63,990 nt of DNA, filler included, from Peribolospora baueri (GCA_029717555.1; 3 parts of 3 records of this genome joined end to end with filler, not necessarily neighbours in it), one strand, 5' to 3'. Shown: positions 46,150-59,780, counted from the whole stretch's first letter. Numbers and translations are program-made. Notes: a model not told the origin generated them from the sequence alone.

Positions 46150-48223
46150 TTAACGGGACATCTTGACCTTGCCTTGAGCCTTGCGCAGTCCTCGCTTGCG
46201 TTCCTTCTCCTCATGCTGTGAAAAAAGGAGGGCCAGGAATTAAGGCCGACAAAGGGAAGCAGCCAGGATCGCGGAATAAAAGGTTAGATGGACCGTCTGG
46301 CTAAGCCAATCTCCATGTAAATTACCTCACCTTTCGCTGCTCGCTCGGGCTGAGCTTGGCGATGCGCTCCTCCTCGGCCTTACGCTTCTCCGCGCGCTTC
46401 TTCTCCTCAGCCTGGCAGCGGTATGAAAAAGACGTGTCCGGCAAGGGGAAGGAATGGAATATGAAAGACAAACAAAACGTGGTAGAGTGTAAGCTCGAAA
46501 GCTGATATCCAAGTGAAGACGAACTTGGACAAGTCCGCACCTCCTCGTTCTTATCCTTTTCATACTCCTTCTGAAGCGTCTCGCCTACCTCCTTCCTAAT
46601 TTTCTTCAGCTTGTTCACCGTGTCCGTCTTGAACGGCATGCCTCGCTCGAGGACGTCGACCAGGTTAAGAACCATCTCCACCAACGGAATGGTCTCGGAG
46701 GAGCGGGAGCGGGGCGGCAGGCGAATGGTGAGCAGGATGTGGCGCTCTTTCTCAGCTTGCGGGATGGGACTGAAGGCGTGCAAGGTCGGACGGGCGGTGC
46801 AGATGGAAATTCAACGGGAGAAAGACAAGGATGGTGAGTAATAAGCACACTTAATGGAAAAGCTATGGGAAGCTTCGCAGGGACGGAGAGAACACACTCA
46901 CCCTTCGCTAGGTCTCTTGGAAGGCTGATCAGTGATGATCAACCACTCAAACCACTTCGCCGCCACGCTTTCGGGAGCGAGCAAAGGAGCGAGGCCGATA
47001 TCCTTGCTGACCTTGGAGTTAAGGAATGCCTCGAGCACGTCGTTGGTCTCCGACATGACGGAGAGTGTAGGGTTGGGCAGGTAAGGCGAGTCGGATGTAC
47101 GTGTGAAGGACAGGTCGTAGCGGGCCTTTCGGAGCGAGGACATGGTCGACTTGCTCACGACGCCGAAGACGCCCGTGTCCGCGCTCGGCGTGCGGGATGG
47201 CCTGAGGCGGATATCGATGGTGACGAGATCGTTCAATTCCTCAAATTGGCTCATCTTCCATGTTGTCTGCCCAATATGCTTGATGAAGTCCTGCCGAGGA
47301 AGCAGGTCGAAAAGGACGTGCATACTGGAAAGGAGGCGATGGAAGTGGATGTTCGAAAGGTGAGATTTGCTTCCCAAGATGAAGGATGGACATACGGAGC
47401 ACGTATGGGAGGACAACAAGAACACGCACGACTCGGCTCCCCTTCGGCCGCTCGAATAAAGAACGGCCTGGTCGGCTCCATCGAATAGGAGAGGTTTGCC
47501 GTTCTCCTTGAGAGTCTGAGCAAAGTTGGATTCGAAAATAGGCAAGTGGACCCGTGTCCTAACAAGGGGGTCAAGAACAACGACAAAAGTCTTGGATCAG
47601 CAAACTGTCTCACAGCAAGTCATTCGATTTAGGCCGATCAGAACAGAGGCTGGAGGATGCTCACCAAGCGTAGGCCTTGGACTTGTTGATCGCGCTGCCA
47701 ACAAAGTACCAGAGGACGTAAAACAGGACGAAGGCAGCAATGAAAAGCTACAACGGCAAATGCGCAGGGGTGGAGAAGGTCGATTGTTTGTGAGGAGGTT
47801 TTGCCACTTGAGAGAAATACGAATAGACAAGCGAGGCGTGAATCCGCCTACCTCGTTCAGGAATTCCGCCGGGCGGAACACCATGTTTCTGGATCCAGTT
47901 GGAACCACCGCAAGGATCAACGAGCGCGTGGTGAGCGCAAGATCGGGCCAGCTGGCATGGCCGGTGATACTACCATTGAGCAAAACTAAGACTCACTTCC
48001 ACCGGTACTCGACCCCATCAAAAAGGCCGGCCAGTGCGGCGGGACCGCTAAAGGAAGGCATGCCATCTCTTGGAGCTTGCGCGGGCGAGGAAGGACCTCC
48101 TCGAGGAGCATCATAGGCCGTCGGGGGAGCGTCATCGAAGAGAGACGCCGAGGACAGGGAAGCTAAGGCCAGCCGATGGATGGCGGGTGGAGGAGATCGC
48201 ATGCGACGTGAACCGAACGGCAT
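46150..48223 (-). CDS. CCDC47/DUF1682 family ER membrane protein; start codon uncertain (48223 or 48202)
   Basis: Contains FESNFA, YSSGRRG, LLPRQD, FGVVSK..LRKARYDLSFT, LIITDQP and a C-terminal EEERIAKLSPSEQRK...RKRGLRKAQGKVK. Confidence 0.82.
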
Positions 48224-48444
48224 TCGCTTGCCCTGACGAGCATACATACGATCCGGTCAGACGTACCTTTAGCTAAGCATGACGTCGCCAGGAGCCCGAC
48301 TGCCAGGAGAGCGAGCCTAAACAGGCGAGATTGAGAGGCCATCTCCGATACGACGGTGGTCGGAAACTCCGGATGTGTGAGCTCTATCTAACCTCAGCCG
48401 CCGTCAGCGACCGACTTGGCGCGGGGGCACCCTTCGCGCCAAGG

Positions 48445-48527
48445 CACGTGTCGAGCGAGCCTGGTCCGTGCACGGAGCATAGGATTAGGTGTCTGACGAA
48501 ATAGGGTTGTATAATGCGATAACCCTA
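48445..48527. promoter_or_regulatory. CACGTG E-box plus an inverted telo-box pair in the CCDC47/RPL3 divergent promoter
   Basis: CACGTG at 48445-48450, TAGGGTT at 48502-48508 and AACCCTA at 48521-48527. Confidence 0.5.
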
Positions 48528-48713
48528 CTGGTAAAATCGCAACTGTACAGAGCCCAGGTATCTCGCACGCGACGACCGCGTCAAAGTTCCCACGCACGCC
48601 CCTGCTCCGTTCTTCCCAAGTCGCGCCGGCCATCCGTAGGTCTCGCTCGCTCACCATCCTCAAGACCACGTCCCCGCCGCACTTCCAGACCCGTTCGCTC
48701 GCCGGTCGTCACA

Positions 48714-50188
48714 ATGAGGTGCGCGGCAATCCGCTCTTTGCGCGAACCGCTAGACCCTGACTGACGTCCGCTATCGTATGTTTGTCCCTCCTTTTTTTGG
48801 CGTTCGCATTGCGCTGCGTCGCTGATTGTTCAGTCACTGCAAGGCTGGTATCATTTTCTTTTGGTGTCTAGACGATCTGCTCCTGCTCAAGCCTTTGTTC
48901 TTGCGCTAACTATTTGCATGCCGCTACCTCATTATTGCGAAACAGTACGAGCAACCCCGTCACGGTTCGACCGGTTTCCTGCCCCGCAAGCGTGCGGCCA
49001 GGCACCGCGGAAAGGTAAAGGCCTTCCCCAAGGATGACCCCAAGAAGCCCGTCCACTTGACCGCCTTCCTCGGCTACAAGGCCGGTATGACGCACGTCGT
49101 CCGCGACCTTGACCGCCCCGGTTCCAAGATGCACAAGCGTGAGGTCGTCGAGGCCACCACCATCATCGAGACGCCGCCCATGATCATCGTCGGCGTCGTC
49201 GGCTACGTCGAGACTCCTCGCGGCCTTCGTTCCCTCACCACCGTCTGGGCCGAGCACCTTTCCGATGAGATCAAGCGTCGGTTCTACAAGAACTGGTACC
49301 GCTCTAAGAAGAAGGCGTTCACCAAGTACGCCAAGAAGCACGCGGAGAACAACGGCCAGTCGATTGCCCGTGAGCTTGAGCGCATCCGCAAGTACTGCAC
49401 TGTTGTCCGCGTCCTCGCCCACACTCAGCTCAAGAAGACGAGCATTAAGCAGAAGAAGGCGCACCTGATGGAGATCCAGGTGAACGGCGGTTCGGTGGCC
49501 GACAAGGTTGACTTCGCCAAGGAGCACTTCGAGAAGCCAGTCGACGTCTCCTCGGTCTTCACCCAGGACGAGAACATCGACGTGATCGCCGTCACCAAGG
49601 GTCACGGCTTCGAGGGTGTGACGCACAGGTGGGGCACCAAGAAGTTGCCGCGCAAGACGCACAAGGGTCTCCGCAAGGTTGCTTGCATTGGTGCTTGGCA
49701 CCCGTCGAACGTCATGTTCACCGTCGCCCGCGCCGGTCAGGACGGTTACCACCACCGCACGGAGATCAACAAGAAGATCTACCGTATCGCCGACGGTTCT
49801 TCCAACATCTCTGGCCAGACCGAGTTCGACACGACTGAGAAGTGAGTCGGCGGCTCTTATGGCAATATCCACGACGAGATGGATGGCTGATTTTTCGTCC
49901 CTGTCCTTGCTTCACTGCGCGCACAGATCGATCAACCCGATGGGCGCCTTCCCGCACTACGGTATCGTCAAGAACGACTTCTTGATGATCAAAGGCTCCT
50001 GCCCGGGCGTCAAGAAGCGTGTCCTGACGCTCCGCAAGTCGCTCATGGTGCACACCTCCCGCCGAGACCTCGAGAAGGTGCAGCTCAAGTTCATCGACAC
50101 TTCGTCCAAGTTCGGTCACGGTCGCTACCAGACCGCCGCCGAGCGGGACGCGTTCGAGGGCGTCAAGAAGATCAAGACTTCGGCTTGA
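48714..50188 (+). CDS. RPL3: 60S ribosomal protein L3 (uL3)
   Basis: Exons 48714-48718, 48834-48843, 48946-49842 and 49928-50188 give [13 protein letters not shown]..., [33 protein letters not shown] and [12 protein letters not shown]. Confidence 0.98.
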
Positions 50189-51147
50189 GTGGATGGGGTG
50201 TATGGTCAGTTCGAGGGTCTGGAGGCGGAGGCAGAGGCAGTGTCGCTCGATTGAGGAGGGAATGGCCGTTGGAGCGAAGCGGCGATGTTGCGCGCTGGGT
50301 GCCAGTTGCATCATGGCCTGTACTTTCATTATCATGACTACACCGTTTTTTTTTCAAAAATGCGCCATATGCCAGCATGCGCGAATCTTCGTCATCCTCT
50401 CCCTACTCTTCTCCTATCCTCGCGAGAGTCGTCTGCTATCGTGTGAAGAGTCGTCGTTGCTTCCGTCGCCGCATTTTCCTCGTGCGTCCCAATCGGACGA
50501 ACCGCCGTCGACGCAATTCAAGCCAAGCCGATCGTCGGGTCGAGGTCCGCCAAGCTCCGAAGTGATCACACACAGGCCATTACATCAAGTTTCTCATTTC
50601 CCCTCCTCTACGCCATTCCCGTCTTTCCCCTACCTACCACCTCATTGCTCCCTTCGCTCCCCTACCTCTCTCGGCACGCCGTACCGTGTCCTTCCGAGCT
50701 CGCCGCTCCCTCTTCTCTCTGTGCTTTTTTTTTTTTCCTTTTCCCTTTTTCCCCCGATCTCGTCGCGTCTTCCAGCGCTGACGCGGGTCGACCTCCTTCC
50801 GTACCGACGAACGCAAGCCGTACCGAGCGTGCGCGAATCTCGACGAAACAGTACGGAGCGAGGCAGCGAAATACTCCGGAACGCAGAGGGCCCCGACTTG
50901 GCACCGTCACGTCATCGTTGCTGTCGGTTGTGATACCGCGGTGGACCCGCTCACGCGTGCTCGCCTCGCCTGATACGGTCGACCTTGCTCTCGGCTCCCA
51001 CGCACAGGCCGAACGGCGAACGCGGTAGAGGTGACGGCGATCACACTTTGCCAGAGTGGGGTTGGTGAATTGGGGCAGGGGACGAGCTTGGCGAACGAGC
51101 TGGCGATAGAGGAGAGAGTGAGACGGAGAGGGAGAGACCGAGCCGTG

Positions 51148-54100
51148 ATGTTCTCGTCGCGAGAAGCTGGGCTCGAGCACGAGCGCTTGGGCAGCGCCAG
51201 TGTGGGCGCCAGCAATGGTGGCAGCAGCTGCCTGGCGATGGAACAAGGAGGGGCGACCAAGATCGGCGACTCATTCTTATCTCGCTATCCTATCCATTCT
51301 GCGAGCGACGAGGCGGACCATCGTCCTCCATCCTCTTCTTCGGCTCCCTTCGACCCTTTGCCTTTGCGCTCTTCTTCGATCTCTGCCTCTACGTCGTCGT
51401 CACTCCCCACTTTGACTGCCTCGTCAGAATCGGTAGGGCCGCGTCGCCGGACACCCACCTTCGCAGAGTATCGAGCCTACGAGCCCCCGCAAGCGCGTTT
51501 GATCCGTCTTAGGAGCGTGTTTGAGCGGCTCATCTACCATGAATGTCCGCCTGGGCGAGTGGAGAGCTTTCCTGCGAACGGAGGTGGGGCGCCCGGAGGT
51601 AAATCTTCCACTTGGGCAGGCTCCGGTGACGCCAAAGGCGCTCAAACACCACCCCCATCCGATCACCTAAAACGATCCCAGCACGAATACGCGCATGAGC
51701 TCATTGAGCGCTGCCGTTGCCGACACCAGGAACCCGCCCCGAAGCCCGGTCCTGGGGGGGATATGGAGGCGACTGGACGGGAAGAGAAGGGGGATTCGCA
51801 GACGTCGACATGGACAAGCTGGGTCGGTCTTGGACCTGGCCCCGATCAAGCGCGCGCACCCTCTACCCGCACTAGCGCAAGCGCCGGCTCGAGCGGTGCC
51901 GCTGCCCAATCATCTCACTCTTTCCTTGGATTCCTCCCGAGGCCAAGCTCATTCCCGTCCTCTGCTTCTTCCTCCTCCGGCGACCGTCGCAATTCGGCGC
52001 ATGTGCCAAGACGGCCCTCGTCAGCGGTGGAAGAATTGCTAAGAGGGACCGGCGTAGTTGGCCTTGCCGCCGTGCCCAATCTCGACTCGTCCGCTTTGTC
52101 AGGGTCTCTTTCTGCCGTCGATGCGGAAACTGGCGGGAGCGAGCGGGGCGGCTTTAGCTCGTGGAACGCTTGGTTTGCCGGCGGTGCACAAGAAGGTGGG
52201 GTGAAGAAGGAAAAGGAGGGGAAAGGAAAGGGGAACGAAGATCGGAGAAGAGTTCTGGAGTGGGAGGGTGAGTGCGGGGAATTAGCCTTGGATGGATCGG
52301 AGCTTTTGCGGCCAATGCCCCATACTGACTTTGAACGGGGCTTCCTCTTCTTCGTGTTATTCTTCCATTGATGCCATACCTTCCTTTCCTCAGGATTTCT
52401 CCGGTACGCTGACGAGAAAGAGAGAGGTGAGCGTTCACCCGCAATGGGCTTCTCTTCTTTTGCTATTACAGAAACCACCGCGTATCTTCGGTGCGGGCTG
52501 GGATATGAACCCGTTTGTGTATGACCCTTCTTTCCCGCAGAGCTTTACCAAACCTTCACCGAGCTGGACAAGAATGGGGACATGAGGCTCGACGTCGGCG
52601 AGATTCGGACTGCAATGGACCGTGCCGGTGAGTCTACACTAAATCCAAAAATCAAGGCGTGCGGTCGTCTCGCGCGTATCTCGAACCACCATTTCGACTC
52701 CTTAGCCTGGCTGAGCTGACCTCGTCTTCCAAACAATCGTTTCAATTCGACTCGCTGGGAACCAGGCATTGACCTGCCGCCAGACTCGCTCAACGAGTTC
52801 ATTGCCACCATCTCCTTTTCACACGCTACCACTGGCTTCATCACCTTCCCCCAATTCCGTGACTACCTCCTTCTCCTCCCGCGCCGAGCCTCTATGCCGG
52901 AGATTTACCGCTTCTACCAAGCACGCCGCGCCCACGGCTTGTTTGGGCTGGGAGGCATCTTCGGAGATGGATGGGGCACGACGGCGAGGGGCGCAACGAT
53001 GGTCAACGCCGATGGCGACGTCAGCTTGAGTCCGATGGATAGGAAGTCGAGGAAGGGAAAAGCCACGGCGATGACGGCTGGTAGCAAGGGAGATGGGATG
53101 GAGGAGAACAAGGAGCACGAAATGGCCGAGGCCGCCTCATCGAACGCTAGCAAGTCGGTTCATGCCACCGAGACGGACAAGGAACACGCCGATGGTCGGC
53201 TTCCTGAGCATAGAGTGGGCCCGCTTCACCACCATGGTGATCAGGAACCCGAAGGGGAAGGGGAGGAGGAGGGGAATGAAGAGGAAGGCGACGAGGAAGC
53301 CGAAGCGATGGACGTCAACACGGCTTTGCGCTTCTTGCTGGCCGGTGGTATCGCTGGAGCTGGTGAGCTTTCGTTAAGAAGCGTGGAGAGATATATAAGC
53401 TGGGAGCACGCGCATGTAGAGAGAACTGCCGCCGAATTCACAGTTCGCTCATTCACTTGCTCCTTTCACCCGCTCCAGTCTCCCGAACGGCCACAGCGCC
53501 GTTCGACCGCCTCAAAGTATACCTCATCACAAGAACGGCCAATGGCGACCCGCTACCTTCTATACCATCTCGACCCTCCGCCGCCGCACCAGGCTCGGTG
53601 ATGGACGCGGGCAAAGAAGCTGCCAAAGTGGCTGGGAAGGCGGGCAAAATGGGTGCGGCGCGCCTCATCGACGCCGTCATCGCTCTGTACAGAGAGGGAG
53701 GAGGATTGAAAGCATTTTGGATCGGCAACGGCCTGAATTGCGTCAAGGTCTTCCCTGTACGTCGGGAGTCGTCTCCTTTTCGATATGGAAGAGAGAGCAG
53801 AGACGCTGATGTTGTCTTCGTCGCTTCATCGACTGGCTCCCTCTCCTCGATAGGAATCGGCGATCAAGTTCCTCTCCTACGAGACGTCCAAACGGTTGTT
53901 CGCGCGATACGTCGACGACGTACCTGACTCTAGGATGATCTCGGGCACGAGCAGATTCTTGAGCGGGGGGATTGGAGGTATCACCAGTCAGCTAGGTGGG
54001 TTGTCTTCTCCTTAGCGCTTATTCGTTCATCGGCGTTTAACTTTGGGAGAGGAATCGCGCTCTCGAGAGAAGTGTGGACCGGCGGGCATTCGACCTGATC

Positions 54101-55026
54101 GCGCTCGTTCACCCGCTTGGATTTCATGCTCATCTTCTCGCTCCTATCTTCCTGCTCGCAGCTATATACCCCATAGAGACTCTGAAAGTAAGTCAGCTGA
54201 TTTGGTTGAATCCCAACTCCCGCGCTACGCCATTCCCCACAGTAGCCGAAGCTTCCTCGACTCACCACCCTTTGCTTTCGTTTTACGTCACCGTCGTATT
54301 CCAGACTCGCCTGATGAGCAGCACCGGTGGATCGCTCTCGGGGCACGATTTGCTGGTAGCGACGGCAAAGGACATGTGGCGCAAGGGTGGCTTGAGGCTC
54401 TACTATCGCGGTCTCACCGCTGGTCTCATCGGAGTCTTCCCGTACAGCGCCATTGACATGTCAAGTGAGTCTCACCCGCACCTGCTCTCCTTGCCAGTGC
54501 CCTGGCGAGGTTTCTAATAGATCACGATCGAGGCCAGCGGATTGACATGGGCGACACTCCTCTCTTCGTCTTCTGATCTTTTTCCTCGGACTACACAGCC
54601 TTCGAAGGCCTCAAGTTGGCTTACATCAAGTATACCAAGAACGAAGAGCCTGGCGTATTTGCGCTGCTCGCCTTCGGCAGCATTAGCGGCAGCGTCGGTG
54701 CCACCAGTGTCTACCCACTCAATCTCATTCGGACCAGATTACAGGCACAGGGCACCAGCGCCCATCCTAGAGTGTGAGTGTGTAATTGAGCGTTGGTTGA
54801 TGAAGAGAGGAGTGGTCGTCTCATCAGGGTGATAGGCGCGCTCACGCATTTACGTCATCACCACAGATACAAAGGCTTCTTAGATTGCGTTCAGCAGACC
54901 TACAAGAACGAAGGCATCGTAGGTTTCTACCGCGGCCTTGTGCCCACCCTCGCCAAGGTCGTGCCCGCCGTTAGTATCTCATATGTCGTTTATGAGCATA
55001 GCAAGAAAAAATTGGGTGTCTATTGA
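51148..55026 (+). CDS. SAL1: Ca2+-binding mitochondrial ATP-Mg/Pi carrier (Sal1/SCaMC)
   Basis: Contains the EF-hand [63 protein letters not shown] and [18 protein letters not shown]. The start codon is uncertain. Confidence 0.9.
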
Positions 55027-56103
55027 GCTGAAGGGGCGAAGAGAACTCGGTCGGGCGCGGTGGCCGTGTATATTTGGCCCGTCTGGTCCCTTTCCCGGGC
55101 AAGTCCAAATCCGACTTGCGGCAGGAAGGGCCTGGGGTGCCATCGAGGGCCTGGTGCCCACGCATCTTGCGCTCCGTGTTCGTCATTATCATTGGTTTTT
55201 TTTTTCTTCGCTCGCTGCCGCGCTTCCTATTTGTGTTTCCTTCATCTCCTCCTTTTTTACTCGTCCGTCCATCCATCGCTGCATTGCCTCCTCCCACTTG
55301 CGTCCTGCAGTTCATCGATTTACGTACATCCTTCTGTACGATCACATCACCTGCCTGAACTTTCCAAGCTACCTATCCATCATACGTCCGTATTTCGACT
55401 CGTCATTGCACCAGAATAAACGTCATCTCGATGATACGAACACGGCAAGTCGTGGGCTTGCAGAAAAGCCAGCGTGGACCAGCTTTGAACTGGAGTTCCC
55501 ACCTCTTAGACGAGCTTTTTGTCCTTGGGGGACAGACAGATAAACACGCCTATGGCGAGCGAGTATTTCTAGATTAAGCCCCCGACTTGGTCGAGTGGGA
55601 ACGCGGCGCGCGCCGACTTGGCAGAGACAGCGACCCGTTGATTCGTCACCATTACGTACAAGGAAAGCTTTGGCTGAGCCAAGGCTGGAAATTGATATCC
55701 ATCTAGTCAAAGTAGGGAGAGGAAGGATAAAGGTTAAAGTACAAGATGTGAACCCAAGTCGTGCGAGACCGGAATCGAAATCGGGATGGGCGACGGAGGA
55801 AGATACAAGAGTGAAGGGAAGGAAAACGAAGACGAACCATCTCGACGAGCTCGCTGCCAAAACGGACGGAATCAAGTGCGATCGTAAATAGGGTCATAGT
55901 GAAATCGTGAGTGGACGGAAGAAATGACTGTGCTGTGGTGGTGGTGGTGGTGGTGAGGACAAAACCAAATGTCGAACGAAATAGGAAAGCGAGCTCGGAT
56001 CGGACGCTACGAAGCGGTATTCGAAAGAGACGACATGGCCGCTACACGCTACGCAGTTAAGGGGGGGGGGGGAGGGAGGAGAAAGTCTGGCTCTCTCCCT
56101 TTT

Positions 56104-59100
56104 TCACTCCTCACTGTCCTCCCTGATGCTCTCCCACTGCCTCGCCATCGCACTCAGGACAGGCCTCCCCGCGCCACCGCTCTTTCTCCGTTCCGCCTTT
56201 GCACTTCCTCCGCCATCGTTGCCCCTCCCACCCCTCACGCTGTTCTTGCCGTTGCCGACCGATCCGAGCGCGCCGTCCAGGCCAATAGATGGCGATGATT
56301 GGGAAGAGGACAACGCCGAGGCGGCGGCGCGAGGGGAAGGCGAATAGAAGGAAGAGGAGCGCTGGGAAAAGGAGAAAGAAGAAGCCGAGGCAGAGGCTGG
56401 AGAGGCGACGGCAGGGGACGACGAAAGGGAAGGGAGACGACGGGGGGACGCCGAGGAGAGAGAAAAGGACGGTCGGTGGGAGAAGTAATTCTTGCCTTTG
56501 TCCTTGCCCATGCCATCGCCGCTGCCATCGTCCTTGCTGGAAATGACGCTGGAAGAGGCACCGTACGACGTCCGCCGAGGGAAGGCGCCGAAGCCGGACG
56601 AAGACCTCGTCCACGACCGGCCCGATGCGGAAGCGGGAGCTGGCGGGCCTACGGACACCGGCGGCGTCGATGGGGCTGGCGATCTAGTAGAAGGGCTCGC
56701 GCTCTGCGCGCCCTCGCGGTCCTTGCCGCTGGCGCCACCACCACCGAGCCGGAAGGTCCGTCTCCTCGGCGGCTTGCCAAGCTTGTTCGAAGAGGGTGAC
56801 CCGGACGCTCCCGTCGGCGTGGCCGTCCCAGATGCGACGCCGCCGCGAGCTCTCGCGGTACCGGTGCGAAGCATGACGTGGGGGAAGCTGCGCACTGTGA
56901 AATGTTCCAGGCTGCGCGTGTACGGGCTCAGAGTATGGTTAGAGTGGCTGAGCGTGGCGAGGTGGGCGGCGGTATCGTTGAGCGCGGTTGGAGAGAGGGT
57001 GATGCTGGACGTCGACGCGTGTTTGCCTGCGGAGGAGGATGGAAAGTGGCGGGAATAAGGGAATGTGCCGAGCGGAGAGGAGGAAAGGCCGTTCCGCGGA
57101 GGCGACCGGTTGCCGAAGGAGCCCGAATCGGAGCCATGTCCACCTCCAGCGCGAGAAGCGCCGGGGATCTGAAGGCCGTTGCTGGCCGGGGGCGACTCGG
57201 ACGGCTTCCACGAGCTCGAAGCGCCGCTGCCGCTTCGGCCCACACTGTCACTGGGAACGATGCTGGTCGCGAGCGTGCTAGCGGGGTATCCTCCGCTCGC
57301 GCTGGCGCTCGTGCGCCTGCTCTGACTCGTCCGACTCGTCGTGGCGCTCGAGTCATTCGTCGTGGTGACGAGCGTCCTCGACGTGCTCGGAGGCGGCGAG
57401 GGCGCCCTCGAATTGGGGATAGAACGGACGCCGACTCCGACGGGATTGCGAGCGAGGTTGAACGAGGGGGTGGAAGCCGAGGCGGATAAAGGTCCGGCGT
57501 AGATGGAGCTTGCCCGCGAGGAAGCGCTGCCGCCCCGCCCGCGTCGATGATGAAGATAGGAGTATTCTCGGGGAACATAGGACGAAGACCACTGGTCTGT
57601 CGAATTGGTCTGTCCGCGCACCAACCCAGGATGGGCGGCGGTGGGGGGGAAGACGCCAGGTCTCCGTCGCCACTCCCCGTCCGGACGCGAGACGTCCAAG
57701 TCGGGGCGACTGCCGTGTCGACTCAACGTCGGCGTTCCCGCTCCGCTGTTGCTTCCCATACGACGCGTCGAGCAGCCGGCGCCGCCCAACACGGTCGTGC
57801 TGCCATCCAGCTCGGAGGCGGCCATGCCCGAGCTCCCCGCCGGACCGCCGTCGTCCGTCCCGCTGGGGATGGGCCGAAGGAGGCTCTGCGAGTGATACAC
57901 CCGAGGCCGGGTGACGGTGCCGCCACCCACGGCGGGGATGGTCTCATACTCTATCCGCGGCGGGAGATACGGTACGGACTCGGGCAACTCGAGACCGTCG
58001 GCGTCCACCTCGGAGTCGCCCTCAGGCGAGAAGGCGCTCGCCGGCGCCGGGTAACCGAAGAGCTCCGGCTCATAGTCCGGATCGATGCTCAAATCAGGAA
58101 CGTCAGCGGCGTCGATCAGGTCGTAAACATCGTCGTCCTCATCCTCGTCCGGCTTGGTCGCCGACGCCTCGTCCGGTTTACTCGTGAGCTCCAACAGACC
58201 GCGGTCCGGTTTCCAGAGCGATCCGAAACCGCTGTATCCGCTGTGAGTGGGTAGGTCATCTGGCCGCAAACCGTAGGTGGGGTCGTAGTTTTCAATATCG
58301 GGAAAGGAGGTGAAGGAAGAGATCGTCCTAGGCGGGCTCGGATTCTCTGCGCGAGCGAGCATGCTAGCACTGGAAGACGACGACGACGACGACCGGCGGA
58401 GTTGGCGAGCGGGACGCATGACCACCGGCTCCGAGGGCGCGTACCGACCGAAGCGGGTCGGATTCTGAGCGTTCAACCGGTCCAGCGCAGTCGTCGACAG
58501 GATGGGCCGCGCTCCGGGCAAAGCAGACGCGGTTTCTGTCGGCCGCAGTCGAGACGGTCGACCGCCACCAGGCAACGATGCCGGGGCTCTCGGGCGACCG
58601 GGGGCGGCGCCGGGCTCGGGCAGGGACATGGTCTCGTAGGCCGTGTCCGGCAGAGCGGCCTGTGTAGAAGGCGACTTCTGATCCTTATACGGCGTCTCCA
58701 CCTTGCCCCCCGCTCCCTCCTTGTGCTTCGACGCCTCGCCGCTCAGCCACCGCTGGCTGAGGCGATGAATGATGCCGGGCAAGTCTTCCCTGAACATCTC
58801 CCTCAGCTGACCCTCGATCTCCTGTTGGATGAACTTTTGGATGACAGCGATGGTGTCGAACGTGCTGCTCACGTCCACGTTCTCTAGCGGGTCGTTCTTG
58901 AAGACGAGTGTGATGCCCTTTGCGCGGGAGACGACGAGGACGACGATGGCGCGCAGTCGTACCGAGGACAGGCGGAGGAGCATCGGAACGATGAGGGGTG
59001 AGGCGGCGAAAAGGTTCGATCGAGTGGGAAAGGCAGACAAGTCGGGCTTGGCCGCGTTGAGAGGATTGGCCTGCAGGTCCGACAGGACAGTTGAGCGGAT

Positions 59101-59503
59101 CAGAATAGGGTCGACGTGCGAGCGCTCCAACGGCAGTACGCCCACTCACCTGAACTTTGGTCTCCAAGACGAGATGCGCGTCCCCAGCGTAGGTGAGGCG
59201 GAAGATGCCGCGAAAGCGATCCATGGTCAAGTCGCCTATCTCGAGGATCTCGAGCTCCGGGGGCTGCACACGCGACGCGCGAAGATAATGACTGAAATGA
59301 GCGCGACCGCACCGCGTATGTAGGGTAACGACGACGAAGACCCGACGACCACTTACGATCATCCCCATGTTCAGCTCTCTAACCTCAATCCGGTCGGCGA
59401 TCACCGCTGGCTTCGCGCCCCTATTGAGAGCGGCGTTGAGCATTTCCTTGGCTTCAGCGTGGAACTGGTCCGAGAAGGTGGGCCATTGGAATTGGAACGA
59501 CAT
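56104..59503 (-). CDS. MDM34: ERMES subunit Mdm34 (SMP domain + long Ser-rich tail)
   Basis: Contains MSFQFQWPTFS, ELNMG..PPELEILEIGDL, KVQANPLN, KGITLVFKNDPLENVDVSSTFD and FREDLPGIIHRLSQ. Two introns. Confidence 0.95.
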
Positions 59504-59680
59504 GGCGGGCGGTCGACGCTAGAGAGTTGAAGGACGAGAGCGGGCGGGAGGTGGGGGAGAGGAGGTGGACCTAGGCATACGACGTTGTGCGCTGACTCTC
59601 GGTGCGAGGATGGTGAGGTAAACGCAGGAACGATCTGTCCTCCTTTTTTTTTTTTTTTTTTTTTTTTTTTTCCTTTCCCC

Positions 59681-59780
59681 NNNNNNNNNNNNNNNNNNNN
59701 NNNNNNNNNNNNNNNNNNNNNNNNTTAATTAATTAANNNNNNNNNNNNNNNNNNNNNNNNNNNNNNNNNNNNNNNNNNNN
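59681..59780. other. Artificial contig-joining linker
   Basis: N44-TTAATTAATTAA-N44, flanked by poly-T runs. Confidence 0.98.

Noticed and set aside
48910..49872. 320-aa antisense ORF over RPL3
   Set aside because: It is the expected shadow of strong codon bias in a highly expressed, GC-rich gene and has no recognisable protein features.
48719..49927. Intronic snoRNAs in RPL3
   Set aside because: The introns are short (about 85-115 nt) and no convincing C/D or H/ACA box pairs were seen.
8215..50188. Ribosome-biogenesis gene cluster (KRE33, UTP15, RPL3)
   Set aside because: The genes are far apart, interspersed with unrelated genes and split across contigs.
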